A DNA stretch of 64,000 nucleotides, taken from the NCBI RefSeq assembly GCF_033153115.1, contig NW_026889771.1, positions 11,966,001 through 12,030,000 of the forward strand, in the 5' to 3' direction. The notes below the pieces were generated by a model, which did not search any database, had not been told where the DNA came from, and saw nothing but the letters and a program-made list of their open reading frames with translations. Position numbers and translations under genes: made by a program. Below, piece after piece: positions 31,101 to 44,557 of this stretch (position 1 is its first letter; every line of letters starts with the position of its first letter). The DNA is from Saccostrea echinata (taxonomy: Eukaryota).

Positions 31101-33298
31101 TTCACAATCAGAGGATTAAAAGGAAACAACAGCATCTATTACTATGGATTCTGTTATGACATTTTTAATGAATTTGCCAAAGTGTTTAACTTCAGGTATT
31201 TATTTACGATGTAATTTTTTACAATGATCGGATTTTTTATATAGAGAAAATTTGAATGTATATGCATACATGTAAGGATTGTACAGTTTATTTTGTGATA
31301 TGGATTAACAAAAATTTATAATTTGAACATTCAAATAATACGTAATACAATAACGTGGACAAATAATATATCAAAGATATCTATAATAGATACGTAACCA
31401 TCGACTCCGTGGATGGTACATACGGAGGCCCAACAGCCAATGGTACAAATGGGACAGGGATGGTTGGCATGGTTATGAGGGGGGTAAGTTGACAAAAGTC
31501 TTACTTCTGTATGATTAGCTTATTGTAAGTGTAGAGATTTTGATTGTTTGAATATCAGTCAACATAAAATGCAGATTCTATCGGGAAATCTGGATCATTA
31601 TTTAAGGAAGTCATAAGACCAATGACAACTGTACATGTTCATTCTTAAGAAACCAAATTAGACCTCCGATGACTTGTTAACATTTACGAGACTTACATAT
31701 TTTGCAAAAAATAAAATATCTTGTTATCCATGAAATACAAATGTTCAGGTTATTTAACCAATGTAATTGTCTTTTAGGAGGCCGATATAGGGGTTGGACC
31801 GTTTACTGTGACCGCCTCTAGAGAAACAGTGATCGACTTTCTGACACCCTTCCAAGAGGAGGGTGTGGGGATTATCATGAAGACAGTTGATCAAAAAGCT
31901 GACCAGATGTTCCGAATGTTTCTACCATTTCAGTCTACCTCTTGGATTGCTACTGGAATGTCTATTGTGGTTACAGGGTTTATATTGTCTATAGTGTCCA
32001 GACTGAGTCCTTATACACGAGATGCAGATAAACCTATTCATCAGAATGTTTGGCTTGCCTTTGGGGCCTTCTTTGGTCAAAGTATGATTTATCACTCACT
32101 GGTAGAGTTTTTAAAAAGTGTTCAAATCTTTGGTCATTATCGCCTAATTTCTTTAAAATGCCAAGGTATACGTACATTCATAAATTATGAGCAATATTTT
32201 ATAATTAGAAAAAAACTTACTGAACAATCACCAATAGAATAAAGTAGTTTGTGATTTACTCTAAATCACTATGATAGGTCTATCTGGAAATTTTGATTTA
32301 ATCATTGTTTACCCCGAGCTGAACTTAGTTTTGATTCTTTATTTCAGTGGGTGGAGACTCTACCCCTACGTCAGCATCCGGTAAAGTGGTACTCGGTATC
32401 TGGTGGATGTGTACAATTCTAATTTTGGAACTGTATACTGCAAACTTGGCAGCGTATTTAACAATACCACCAGCTAAATCTCCAATTAAGAATCTTGAAC
32501 AATTGGCTGCATCATCTGATTACAAGCCATTGGTCAAAACGGGTTCGAATCTCGATTTTCTTTTCAAGGTAAATTTGTCCTTAAGGTTCTGGTTATAATT
32601 TCCTTTATTTATCAAATGTTCTTTTCCGTTCAAGTATCAATTTTATATTTTAAATTTTTATCAGAGAGCAAAAGGGGGATTATACAAGCAAATAAGGGAA
32701 AAAATGGAGGACATGCCTGTTATTAAAACTACAGAGGCAGGATACGACTTGGTAAAAACAGGAAAATACGCCTACATGACAGATGTATCCCAACTTACGT
32801 ATAAAGTTCTAAAAGATTGTCAAAGTATGCTGGTTGCTGAAGAGACTTTCAATAAAGCAGGGCTATCCTTCATCATTAGAGAAGATGCCGAATTCAAAAC
32901 GGCATTCAATTTGCAGTAAGTATATTCAATAAATGGTATAAATTGATTTAATACACGTAGGAAAATACATTTTGAAACTTCTTCATTAATGATAACAGTG
33001 ATAAGTATGTTTGTCATTTTCTAGCATGATCACGATGATAGAGGCAGGTTTAATTGCCAAATTCCGCTCCAAATGGTGGCCTCTTGGGAGCGAGTGTGAC
33101 GCACTAAGTTCAAAGAAATCTGCCACTGAACTTCAGATAGACAGCATGGCCGGAATTTTCATTGTTTATGGAGCATTTACTGGACTTGCAATCCTTGCTT
33201 TCGTCGCAGAAATTTTATTTGCATATTACATTTATCCATTTTTGAGACATAAGAGAATTCAATCTGCTGAAAAAATTGCCTTGAATGATTCTTCATAA
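25148..33298 (+). CDS. Ionotropic glutamate receptor-like / divergent ionotropic receptor, gene B (13 exons, about 803 aa)
   Basis: Exons: 25148-25214, 26063-26194, 26391-26651, 27120-27298, 28385-28534, 28850-29005, 29777-29995, 31092-31195, 31390-31483, 31778-32081, 32348-32568, 32665-32915, 33025-33298 (2412 nt, open). Signal peptide, ATD, YYGFCYDI, EADIGVGPFTVTASRE, YTANLAAYLT, YAYMTD, IEAG...KWW, M4. Confidence 0.92.
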
Positions 33299-34958
33299 TC
33301 CCACAAGTTTTTTTTTTTATATCTAACATAAATGGCTTGTAGCAAGATTCAGAAGCGTATTGTTTACGTGTATATTGAATATATGTTTATTTTTAACAAT
33401 AAAAAAGAAAGTACTCCATTTAAAGATGCTGGGAGGTTTTTCTCTCATATTGTGAACATAGGCTGTAGATTTTAATCAAAGTAAAACACAGTAAATGTTA
33501 ATTTTACAAGAAAAAAGTCAAATAAGATTTTGCGTTGTTGGTTCTGTTGGAGTCAATAAAAAATGCAAATAAACGCAGGACTTAAATTTTTGCCTGCTGC
33601 TTCATGGTCTTTACATACCTGTAGAAAAAGTATTCATGGAAAAAAAAAACTTAATAACGTTTAAATATACTCAGAATGTTAAAATATACAACTGATCACG
33701 GTTCCTTTGTCAAAATTTATAGAAGTTCGAGCAGCAAGATGCAACTCCTTAAGCTTTTGATTATATTAAAAGAGTTAGATTTGGCACAGTACAGTACAGT
33801 TTATTTATTTATCTATTTATTTATTTATTTATTTATATAAATTTAATGGTTATACAGCAGACTATATATTTGAAATATTAGAACCATATACATGTATATT
33901 CATTTTCAAAATCAATACAATCCAGGACGGGAACAAGTGACTTTCCACATCCTAATTTTTATGTTAAAACCTTACTGGTAGTCCAAGGCAACATAGCATA
34001 GCAGCTCTGTTTGTTTCCAATATTTATAACAGAAAACATGTTAAGTGTAAAAAAAAAAAAACTTTTCATTTATTTAAATGACGCAAAATGTAATCCATGA
34101 AACAATTAATTACAAAAGAATTTGGCTGGGAGACATACCAGCATCAAGGAAAGCTTGTTGACATATAAACTATTTCTTGACTAGAAATGCAAGTCACTAA
34201 ATTTAGTTTTAACCAACAATTGCCTCCTGATTCTTTCTACACCACAAAAGAATATTGTTCAATATCAATAAAACTGCACAATTAATTATCATTCACCAAT
34301 CACAAAACACGTTTTATTGGTAAGAATACAATTCAATTAAAAAAAGAAAGAGAAAAACATATTCCATTGGGTCATTTCATTCTCATGGATTGATCAATTA
34401 GGTCATACAGTATATATAGGCCTAAAGAAAGTTTGGGCAGCCGAATGGGCCGAAATACAGAGAAAGGTAAATGCCTAGATTGCTATCGTCGAAAAGTAAA
34501 TGTTTATATGATTTAATAAATTCCTTTATATTTAGCAAAACGTGTCATATAAACTCTGAAACTTTGAAAATTGATGATATATTTACCTACCCCTAATACC
34601 TCTTGTAAATTCTTGTTTGGCTGCTTCGGCGCACAAAGCAACCACAGGAGTCAGACGCGTTATGGACATACTCCTTTACATCTATTCAATTACCTAACAG
34701 AATAAAATTGAATGCACTCGTAAAGGAGTACGTCGTGTAATGTGACTAACCATTATGATAGCTTATCACGATTAATTCATAGATGAAAATAGTGCATGAT
34801 CAAATGAAAGTATTGGTGAAGTTTTCAAAATATGTCATTAACAAAGGAATACTTTCTGTTGTCTTCGACACTCTCTGTTTTTCTTTACGTGACGTCATGC
34901 AGCGCAAGAATACAAATGTGCAAAAATTTATCTATATCTCTTGTTATAAGTTATTATG

Positions 34959-36361
34959 TATGGTGGCATGTTTATGCCATCCACATAATTTTTTGTTAAC
35001 ATAAGATATCGCCTCAAGTCAAGATAGCTATCTCGTCAGATCAAGATAACTTGCTGGTTTTGTCGAGATACACCAACTTATATCTCGTCTAGTTAAGATA
35101 AGCGTTCACATATTGTTGTGATAACAATCTCGACATAACGAGATAATTTATCATGTATCATGACTAAAATTGTTGCATTGACAAGTACTGCCTCTTCGTA
35201 ATTCCTGTCACGATAACTGTATAAGTACATGTACATATACTAGTATATAAATAGATAACGTGTTACATAACGTGTTACGTGTGCCTCCGTCATTTTCCAA
35301 TGAAATAGACGGATATCTTCTATCAAAATGTTAATCTAATGCGTATTGCACGCATATTTCGAAGGAATCCAGTTTGAACCAATGTGTGTTTAAACCATGT
35401 CTTTGTTTTTTGTTTTTTGTTTTTTTTTTTTTTTTTTTTTTTTTTTTTGGTCGACGGAAACGGCGGGTGTCGGCAGGGGATTCTCACTCCTCCATGGCAC
35501 CTGGTCCCACCTCTGATGTCTTAGAGGTCCGTGTTTGCTCTGCTCCTATTTTGTAATGTTTAAAGGACTCTTGAGCTCGAATAATGTTCATTATCTCCAC
35601 ATATTTCATTTCAGCAAAATAAAATACAAGTACGTGTGAACCACACCAATGAGCTTTTTACTTAATTACATGTAATATTTGCAATTATTAATTCAAAAAA
35701 TTTGCTATTCAATTAAATACACGATTTTTTTTGTTTAACAGAGATCAATAACTGGCTATACAATATAATATTATCATCGGTAGTTTTTAATAAATGACTG
35801 ACTCTTTGCATTAATTGTTATACTTATGCCATTCCATTAATTAAGAACAAAAATGGAAATTATGAACTAAATAAATGGGTTGTTTTGTTTCATATTTAAC
35901 GGGGAAAGTTTATGGTACGGTTTATATTCAAAATTCTTTAACTCTTAAAAATTATATTCCTCAAGTAGACAAATACAAAAATTAAATTGATTCAATAGCA
36001 GTGATGAATCATTAAAAGAGATCCGCATAGTTTCACTTGAAATCGACTGAAAACCCGTAACACGTAATCTATATAAATACATACAGTACATACATATATA
36101 GGGTTATCGTGACAGGAATTACGAAGAGGCAGTACTTGTCAATGCAACAATTTTAATCATGATACAAGATAAATAATCTCGTCATGTCGAGATAGCTATT
36201 GAAAAAAAAATGTGATAGCTTATCTTGACCAGACGAGATAGAAGTTGGTGTATCTCGACAAAACCAGCAAGTGATCTTGACTTGACGTGATAATTATCTT
36301 GACTTGACGCGATATCTTATTTTGACAAAATTTATTTGGATGGCATAAATATGCCACCATA
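34959..36361. mobile_element. Foldback-like element with ~320-bp inverted arms and a 6-bp TSD
   Basis: Arms about 34959-35280 and 36056-36361 are reverse complements; attatg flanks both ends directly. Confidence 0.75.
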
Positions 36362-36525
36362 ATTATGTGATTGATGAATTTAGAATAAACTGCTTTGCCA
36401 CCATCTTCGAATCCAATGTATTATTGAATTTTTTAATGAATAAATACTAAATGAAATATGAATCTGCGTCTCCAACATCATTTTTGTTTGATACTCCAGA
36501 TTCCTGGTTTTCTTAAAGTGATATA

Positions 36526-39500
36526 ATGGCTGTGTTTCTAGTCGCCATTTTGACATTATTTCCTTTGACGTCAGCTCAGCCTTATCCATTTCATTTGGGT
36601 GAGTTTTTATCTAATTTATACCAGTTCAAATTTGGATAATGATATAATGCCATTTTAAAAAGCCTTGGTTTATATATCATTATTTAGACTTATTGCAGAG
36701 CAATAAATGGTTTTCTTTTTTAATGATGATTTGTGTACTTTTCAGATATTCTTGCGGATGAAGACGATGCTGAACGTATCCGTAATATCACAAATGAATT
36801 CTTTAATTCCACTCGATTAGGGATGTGGGCTGCTTTGGATATAAGTCCAGTCACTTTTACCATAAACACAAAAAATGAAACTCCTGGTATTTACAGTGAG
36901 TAACATTGTAACAAGTAATTTCTCATCACAAAGCCAAATTATAACTTTATTCCATAGATTGATATAAATGAAAAAGAACTAATATGTTGAGAAGAGAGTT
37001 TATTGATGATTATCTTAATTAATCCTGTCTTCTTTCCTTTCGGCCACTTATTTTGCCTTTATCCCTTTATTTTTTTTTTTTTAGAAAGCATTTCTAAGTT
37101 AAAAAAAATATCTTTTGACCATTTTTTTCCAGGTTTCACTGAGAAAAACAGTACTTCCTCTTCTTATATTGATATGAAAAGGAATCCCTCTGATTTGTTG
37201 TGCATATTAGCAAAAAGCATAGGTGTGGCTTATATTCGGACTCGTCCTGGAAGATCAAGTATTTGCCGACCCAGCATACAGATAAGACCATCAGTTACGG
37301 AATACATGGATATTGCTCACCAGATATATAAGTATAATGACAGTGAATTCACATCGGTCATTTATATCACGGATCATATGTATGGTAAGTTCAGTAAAGA
37401 GTTATTTCCCTGCTGCAATGTGTCGAATTGATGGAATAAAAGAACTAAGGATTGTTTAGCCATTAATTGCAAAGCACAGTAAAAATATTTTAAGGATAAT
37501 TTTGTCAATTATATTGTTTCAGATTTCGACCTTAGCATTTTTCAAAAGAGATTCAATTCCACCTTGAAGATGATGATGTTCATAATTAATAATAGCAGTG
37601 TGCCAACTCAAGTGAAGCAGTTTGTCACGGATGGCAACACGGATTCTTTTATCATGTTTGCTTCTGGTACTGTTATTAGGGATATGTTACAAATTGTGAG
37701 TTGCATCGTGACTTTTATAAAAGATACCTTAATGTCGTTGTGATTCATAAAGTCTTAGATACGCGATTTCATTTTATTGTTTTATATTTATTATTTGATG
37801 TTTTTAGCTTTCAAACCTGAAAAATTTAACAGTGACAAGGACGGATAACTGGGTGATGATTCCATCGGACGAAACTGAGTGTCCAGATCTTTTGGGTTTG
37901 AATTTCTCAGTCGTGTGTGTTAGACATGATTTCGTCAAGGATCCCGATGTCTCAGCAAACCTTAAATATGTAACTGTAAACTTACGACTATCGTACAAAA
38001 CGAAATCACTTTTTTTTTTCAATAAAATCTCCTTTGTATAGATTTAAAACATCTGCGACAGTTGAAAAGATCCATCATAGATTAAAAAAATAATAAAAAT
38101 GTTCTATGCATCATTACTTAATACATCTATACAAATTCTATAAAAACATTGATTTTAGGTAGACGACGCATTATTGTTGAGAAGTCTTCATTTACTTGAG
38201 AAAAATATCAGAGATTTTTCGCTCTCTTCGGCACCTACTGCAGTAAGATTTTTCCAATATTTAATTATTGTTAAAAAAAAAAAAAGGAAAGAAACTTACA
38301 CTGTATTACCCCAATTATATGAAAGTGCAGTTAAATATTTGCATTTTGAATTTAATATTTCATCTTTTGTTTTAGACGTCTGCTCTAAGGCAGCTGGCAT
38401 GGCATGTATACAACGCAACTAAAGAAGTCAAATTGGACATCGATTTAATGAGGATCGATAAAATAAGAACAAAAGCAAAAGTACAAACGCAGTTGGTTTG
38501 TTTTAATCACTGTAACGTTTGTTCATTTCTGTGCCCTGTATATGTGATTGCAGCATGCAAGTTGTTTTTTTTTTTAAGTTTCAGAAATATTAATGTGAGT
38601 AAAATATCAGAAATATAGAAGAAATTTGCGTTTTAAAATTTTTTTAAAGATTTTTCCATGTTCTTTCTTCTCGACGAATATCTATTACTATTTCAGATAG
38701 GAACCTGGACTCGGGCCACAGACGTGGTTTTGACTACACAACCTTTCGCATTCGCACATGCATCCCTATTAACAGTCATCACTATCCACGTATACTGTTG
38801 CTTCAATTCTACTTTCAACATCAAATTTGTCGTTTGTTTCTTTTCTTTGTCTGTATTTATATATCTTAAAATGTAAAATGATAAATAGTTATTTTACGTA
38901 TATCGACAGATACTCTAACTCATTTCATATAGGAAGATCGATCAGAACCTTGCTTCCATAAATCTGTGAAGCTCCGTGTATGCATACATTTTAGTTCATA
39001 GTTTGACCACATAAAATCTTGCATATATTTCAGGAGCCGCCATTTGTTGTGAAAATTGTAAACAAGAGTGGGACTTTCTTTCGAGGCTACACCATTGATG
39101 TTCTGGATAAGATTGCAGAGGAAGTCGGATTCACATACGTCATCCGTGAATCACGTGATAAGCAATATGGTCTAGCTCTATCTGATGGATCCTGGACGGG
39201 GCTTGTGGGAGAGGTCCAAAGAGGGGTAATGTACCATACACTTCCAGCTTGTGGTGCTGAACGATGAACTGGCGTATTTCCATTCAAATAATTCCAACCA
39301 GAAATGCTTTGGGTTAATAGTATTTTTAAAAAAAGAAATCTATAAGCTGTATCTACACATGCACGCCATGCTGTGCGTTTGTGACTTGCTTTATAAAATT
39401 GTAAAGTAAAAAGTATCTTCGCTAGCCAAGGGTGACGACTCGCTCTTCTTCTTTTTTCATCCTTGGAAAAGAGATGAGGGGGTCGTTATCCTTGGCTAAC

Positions 39501-41700
39501 GAAGATGAGTAAAAAGGCGATTTTTTTCAATCTTTGCGCAACGGCTTATGCTGAAATTGTTTGCAATCTAATAATAAATAAGATTTCTTTGGAAACTGAT
39601 AAGCATTAAAGCAAAGTTTTATGTGAGTGAACAGAGGATTGAAGAGTATAGAGCAGGGAACTAACCCGTTGAAATGATCAAATAAGGAAATATCACATTA
39701 TAACAGGAAGCCGATCTGGCGGCAGCCCCAGTGTCTGTAACAGCTGAGAGAGAACAAGTGATCGATTTCACTAACCCTTACTATGATTATGCGGGTCTCC
39801 AGATCCTGATGAGCGGCACCATTGCTTCTAGTTCCATGTTTGGATTTGTGGACGTCTTTGACGGACCTGTGTGGCTGGCCTGGTTCGGTTTCCTTGGTCT
39901 GACGGGTATTATGCTGTATGTATTTCACATCTTGGTCTATCGAGTGTTTTCCAAAGAAAAAGAAAAAGATAAGGACAAGGTATTCACTATCAGCGACACG
40001 CTTTGGTTTCTTATCTCATCTATTACCATATATGGTAAGCATAAACTTACATGTTATTTCTTTACATGTAATTTTTTTTTATACATATTTTGTATTCGTT
40101 TAGAATCTTTTTGGAACTGATATACATAAATTTAATTCTTGCAGGACCAGACAAAACCCCTGGTACATTTGCAGGGCGAGTGTTAGTAATTGGATTCTGG
40201 TTCTTTTGTCAAATTATGATGGCGACTTACACAGCCAACCTTGCTGCATTTATGACATCCAAAAGACTTACAACTGAAATTCACTCCATAAACGAGCTAG
40301 CTTCTCAGAACTCTATTAAATATTCTGCTCTAGCTGGGTCAGTAAGTGAAGCCTACTTTTCCCGTATGAAAGGCATTGAAGAGAACTTCTTCGAGCTGTG
40401 GAAGAATATGAGTTACGCGAAAAGCAACGATAGAAATGACCTCACTGTGTGGGACTATCCTTTGGATGACCTTTATTCCAGAATGTTTTCTCAAATCAAT
40501 GAAACGGGATTTTTAAAGACATCTAAGGAGGGAGTGGACCGTGTTCTATCGGAAGGATTTGCATTTATCCACGAAACACCGATGATTAAGTATGAAATGG
40601 CGAAGTACTGCAATTTGATTACTGTTGGAGAGGTTTTTAGTGCAAAACCTTATGCATTTGTTCTGCAGGAAAATTCGCCTCTGAAGGAAGCATTCAATGC
40701 TAAGTATATATATTTTTATTTTTTATACACGCGTAATCGAAGATTGGGGGGGGGGGGCATATACTTTTTGACCTCCCTACCTTGACCTTTGTGTTTGATC
40801 TACATTAGTAAACAAAATTAACCTTCCCTATAATTTTTGAACGGTTGTTTCTAGGGTTTTCATATTCCAATTATTTATTTCTTGCAACAAGACCTTTCTT
40901 TGGGTACTAAAATTTTTTACCTCCTGACCTTGACCTTCGAGTTTGACCTATATTTGAAAACTTTACACTTGGTCTTGTGGTGCCATACGGGGGCATCGAT
41001 GTTTCCCAAACACATCTTGTTTCTAAATATGACTTTGTTTATGGGATGTAAAAAGGTGTTAGTGCATGTGTTGTTTTTTTAAATATACGTACAAGAAAAA
41101 TGTTGTAGGACTACAAATACAGATCAACTATTAAACATTGCAAAGTTTTCGAATTAGCTGACTGGTTTTAGAAGCTTTAGATAAATCAATGCTAGAAGCT
41201 GCAGCAGTAAAAAGTTTATTTATATACAGTTTAGTATATACTCAAATCTTAGATATTATTTTTCTATTAGAATACTCGAGCTCCAAGCCGATGCATACTT
41301 TGAACAGAGGAAGGAAGTATGGTGGTCTAAAACAGTATCTTGTCCAAAGGAAGACGATTCCACCACGGGACTTCCTTTCAAGAACCTCAGTGGTGTCTTC
41401 ATCTTAACAGGAGCGGGGTTCGCCACGGGATTTCTAATGCTTGGAATTGAATGCATTGTGTTCAGATGGAAAAAGAGAAAGGTGATTTATTATAACGATA
41501 GACAAATTAATTAATTTGATCTGGAAATCCTAAATTTGCAAGATACTTTTCTTTAACAGGAATCGCAGGAGAAACCTAAAGAGGCATACAGCAAACCTAA
41601 GTATCCCCCCCTACCCCGCCTAACATCTTTGAGATCATTGTTCTTGAAGAGCAAGAAAACAACATCAACCGTGGATTTAACTATTTCAGAGGTGGATTAA
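36526..41700 (+). CDS. IR25a/IR8a-like ionotropic receptor (co-receptor-type clade), gene C (13 exons, about 845 aa)
   Basis: Exons: 36526-36598, 36746-36895, 37133-37384, 37523-37695, 37808-37969, 38159-38242, 38376-38495, 38697-38789, 39034-39225, 39707-40034, 40145-40703, 41271-41481, 41560-41700 (2538 nt, open; ATD donors less certain). Motifs AEREQVIDFTNPYYD, ATYTANLAAF, the S2 insert ELWKNMS...VWDYP and VGEVFSAKPYA. Confidence 0.9.
39414..39506. repeat. Short palindromic MITE-like element in a gene C intron
   Basis: atcttcgctagccaagggtgacgac ... gtcgttatccttggctaacgaagat. Confidence 0.6.
40718..41022 (+). mobile_element. HINE-like remnant in a gene C intron
   Basis: tttttatac...ggggcata start, tgaccttgacc motifs, 3' end gatgtttcccaaacacatcttgtt. 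Confidence 0.5.
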
Positions 41701-42447
41701 TGATGGAGTTTAGATACTTCGCCATCATGTGCATGTAACAAGGATATTTCTATCTAAACTGAACATTGTTGATCTAATAGTTAACTGGTGCTTTTGTTTG
41801 CCCGTAGTTTGTATCGTATGGTCTATTAGCAATGACCCTTTTGTCTCATCGATTGCTTGTATTATTCAAATTTACACGCTTAATTTTAATGTTTTCTTGA
41901 TAAAAAAAAAATTCAAGTGTTTATGCATATGATGTTTTACAGCTTATAAGAATTCAAAATGAATTAATGAATTTATGTTATTTTTCAAATTTGTAAAAAT
42001 AAATACTTCAAATATAAGATATATATAGCCTGTTGTTGATAAAAATGATAATAAATTCTTGGAAGTCTCCTTTACTTTTCATCATTGCCATTGTTTCATA
42101 AAACTTGCTTCTGAATTCAGTTCACACATCAGAAATTGAATTATGACCTGTTGTTGAACGTGGAACAATGTCAGCTGCTTATACTTAACGGTTGAAGCGT
42201 TTAATTTGTAATCCAGCATATTTTTTTCTTGTTTTTTTTTATTAGTATTGATTCCTGTAGATATTGTTTAGAAAGAACAGCAGAAAAGAAAAACATTTTA
42301 AAAATGTTATGTTGCTATGTACATTGTACTACTTTGGATTGAGTTGTCTTTCTTTGACTTGTAAGTGTTTTCAGAATTTTTGGTTTTAATCGTCATTATT
42401 TTTTTTTATATTTAATACTCTAGTATAGTTTAATCCCTGGCGGGTGT

Positions 42448-42548
42448 AAAAATGCAGGGTGGCGCCTGTGGTTCAAATGGGGGAACCAACTTGGCTGATT
42501 AACGGTCAACCGTGATAAACGAAGTAACCACATAACGAAGGCCTGCAC
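42448..42548 (-). ncRNA. Vault RNA-like Pol III gene candidate V1
   Basis: GUGCAGGCCUUCGUUAUGUGGUUACUUCG...UUUGAACCACAGGCGCCACCCUGCA-UUUUU; terminal stem, TATA-like tatttatattt near -30. Confidence 0.65.
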
Positions 42549-43461
42549 ACTAATACAAAATGTAAATGAAATATAAATAAAATCGAATGTATTCTTACAC
42601 CTAATACCAAAATACTGCAATGACTGATTATCAGCTAGTAGTGCGAAAAAATAAACTTTTATAAGGATACTCCACAATGCAAAATGATGCAATTATCGTA
42701 CTTATCATAACCAGTTAGATATTGTGGTTATAAGTTATGACTGATTCTTGGACTATATCCGTTGTTTAGTGCAAACGGGTAGGAAGGAATGTTGGCGGGT
42801 AATAAACAGACAAGTAGTGGCGCTGTCCGTAATGAATCGTAAACGAGAAAGGTGCTGTATTCCATATGGTCTTCCAATACATAATGCAAGAACTTGTAAA
42901 ATCAGGTTTCCGAATTTATTATAGACGATGGTAAATAACAATCAACATGAATTTCAATAGGGACCTATATACTATAGGTTAGTATATACGTCCCTGATTT
43001 CAACAATAGCTTAACGAGTCAAATTGGGTCTTAACCAACTTGGATGTGGCCGGTAGAGCATCGGGCCTCCAAAACGAAGAAAACATAATGGACATAGCTT
43101 TTTTTCTGGGCGTAAACAATATTTCAAGTCTCAATTAAACTAACTGACTTAATTGATGGACAAGTGGTTATTTTATAGGATTGACATAAAAGAGTTTATT
43201 GAATAATTATACAAACAAAATCATTGATACGGGATTAAAAGGTCCTGAGGCATTTACACCTAATGGGTATATATTTTCCCCTCTCTTATTTATTATTTTT
43301 CTTTTTCAATCATATGTCATGTTTTTTGTTTGGTATATGTACCTCTGACCAGATTGTATATAATGTATATATGTTGTTAATGAACCCCAGGTACCAATAT
43401 TTTGGTTTGGGTGAATAAATTGAACTTGAACTTGTATCAATTCTTTTGACAAAGTCACTTA

Positions 43462-43707
43462 GCTTATTTCCCGAACGGCTACTCGCCAAAATCAACATCT
43501 AATTATCACACCCAATTAAGGGGCCCTCTAAGGGGTTCAGGTAGACTTAACTGTATGAATAAATTACCTGAATTTCAATGCATATAAACAGAACAATCTA
43601 TCAAGTCATTTTTAATTCAATATATCCTGTAAAATGTTTTTTTTTTTAATTTTTCATCTTTTTTTAAATTATATCATTTATTTTATTTATTTATTTATTT
43701 ATTTTTA

Positions 43708-43738
<31 letters not shown>

Positions 43739-44557
43739 GTTGTTAAATAATTTCTATTTCTATCTAAGCGTATACAGTTAAGGTTCAACCCTCACAATTT
43801 ATGGGTTTTATTTACTGCCACCCGGTAAATTCAAAATTTAAACATGACATTATCTTAAATTTAGACGTTTATTTGTGAATCTCTTACAATATCATTTCAT
43901 GTTTATTGTTTACTTAATTGAATTAATTTTGCCTTGATTTATGTCATTTCCTTTGAAGCAGGATTAAGACATTCCATTGGCCATTTGACATATCTTTTGC
44001 GGTTATTGATTAATTTAAACTATATACCGGGTATAATATTCAATGAAAATAAATGCAGTTTTTCTACTTTAAAACCCATAAATTGTGAGGGTTGAAATAC
44101 CTTAACTGTATACGCTTAGATAGAAATAGAAATTATTTAACAGCAAAAAATAAAAAAAAAATAAAAAAAATTAATAAATAAAATGATATAATTTTTAAAA
44201 AATGAAAAATAAAAAAAACATTTTACAGGATATATTGAATTAAAAATGACTTGATAGATTGTTCTGTTTATATGCATTGAAATTCAGGTAATTTATTCAT
44301 ACAGGTAAGTCTACCTGAACCCCTTAGAGGGCCTCTTAATTGGGTGTGATAATTAGATGTTGATTTTGGCGAGTAGCCGTTCGGGGAATAAGCCAATGGA
44401 ATGTCTTAATCCTGCTCCAAACGAAATGACATAAATCAAGGCAAAATTAATTCAAATAAACATGAAATGATATTGTTAAGAAATTCACAAATAAACGTCT
44501 AAATTTAGGATAATGTCATGTTTAAATTTTGAATTAACCGGGCGGCAGTAAATAAAA
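43462..44557. repeat. Inverted, circularly permuted duplication X-Y-spacer-X'-Y'
   Basis: X 43462-43808, Y 43806-43981, X' 44070-44393, Y' 44392-44557. Confidence 0.85.

Noticed and set aside
36451-36528. Two uORFs before gene C, one ending in an overlapping TAATG
   Set aside because: TSS unknown, and short ORFs are expected by chance in AT-rich DNA.
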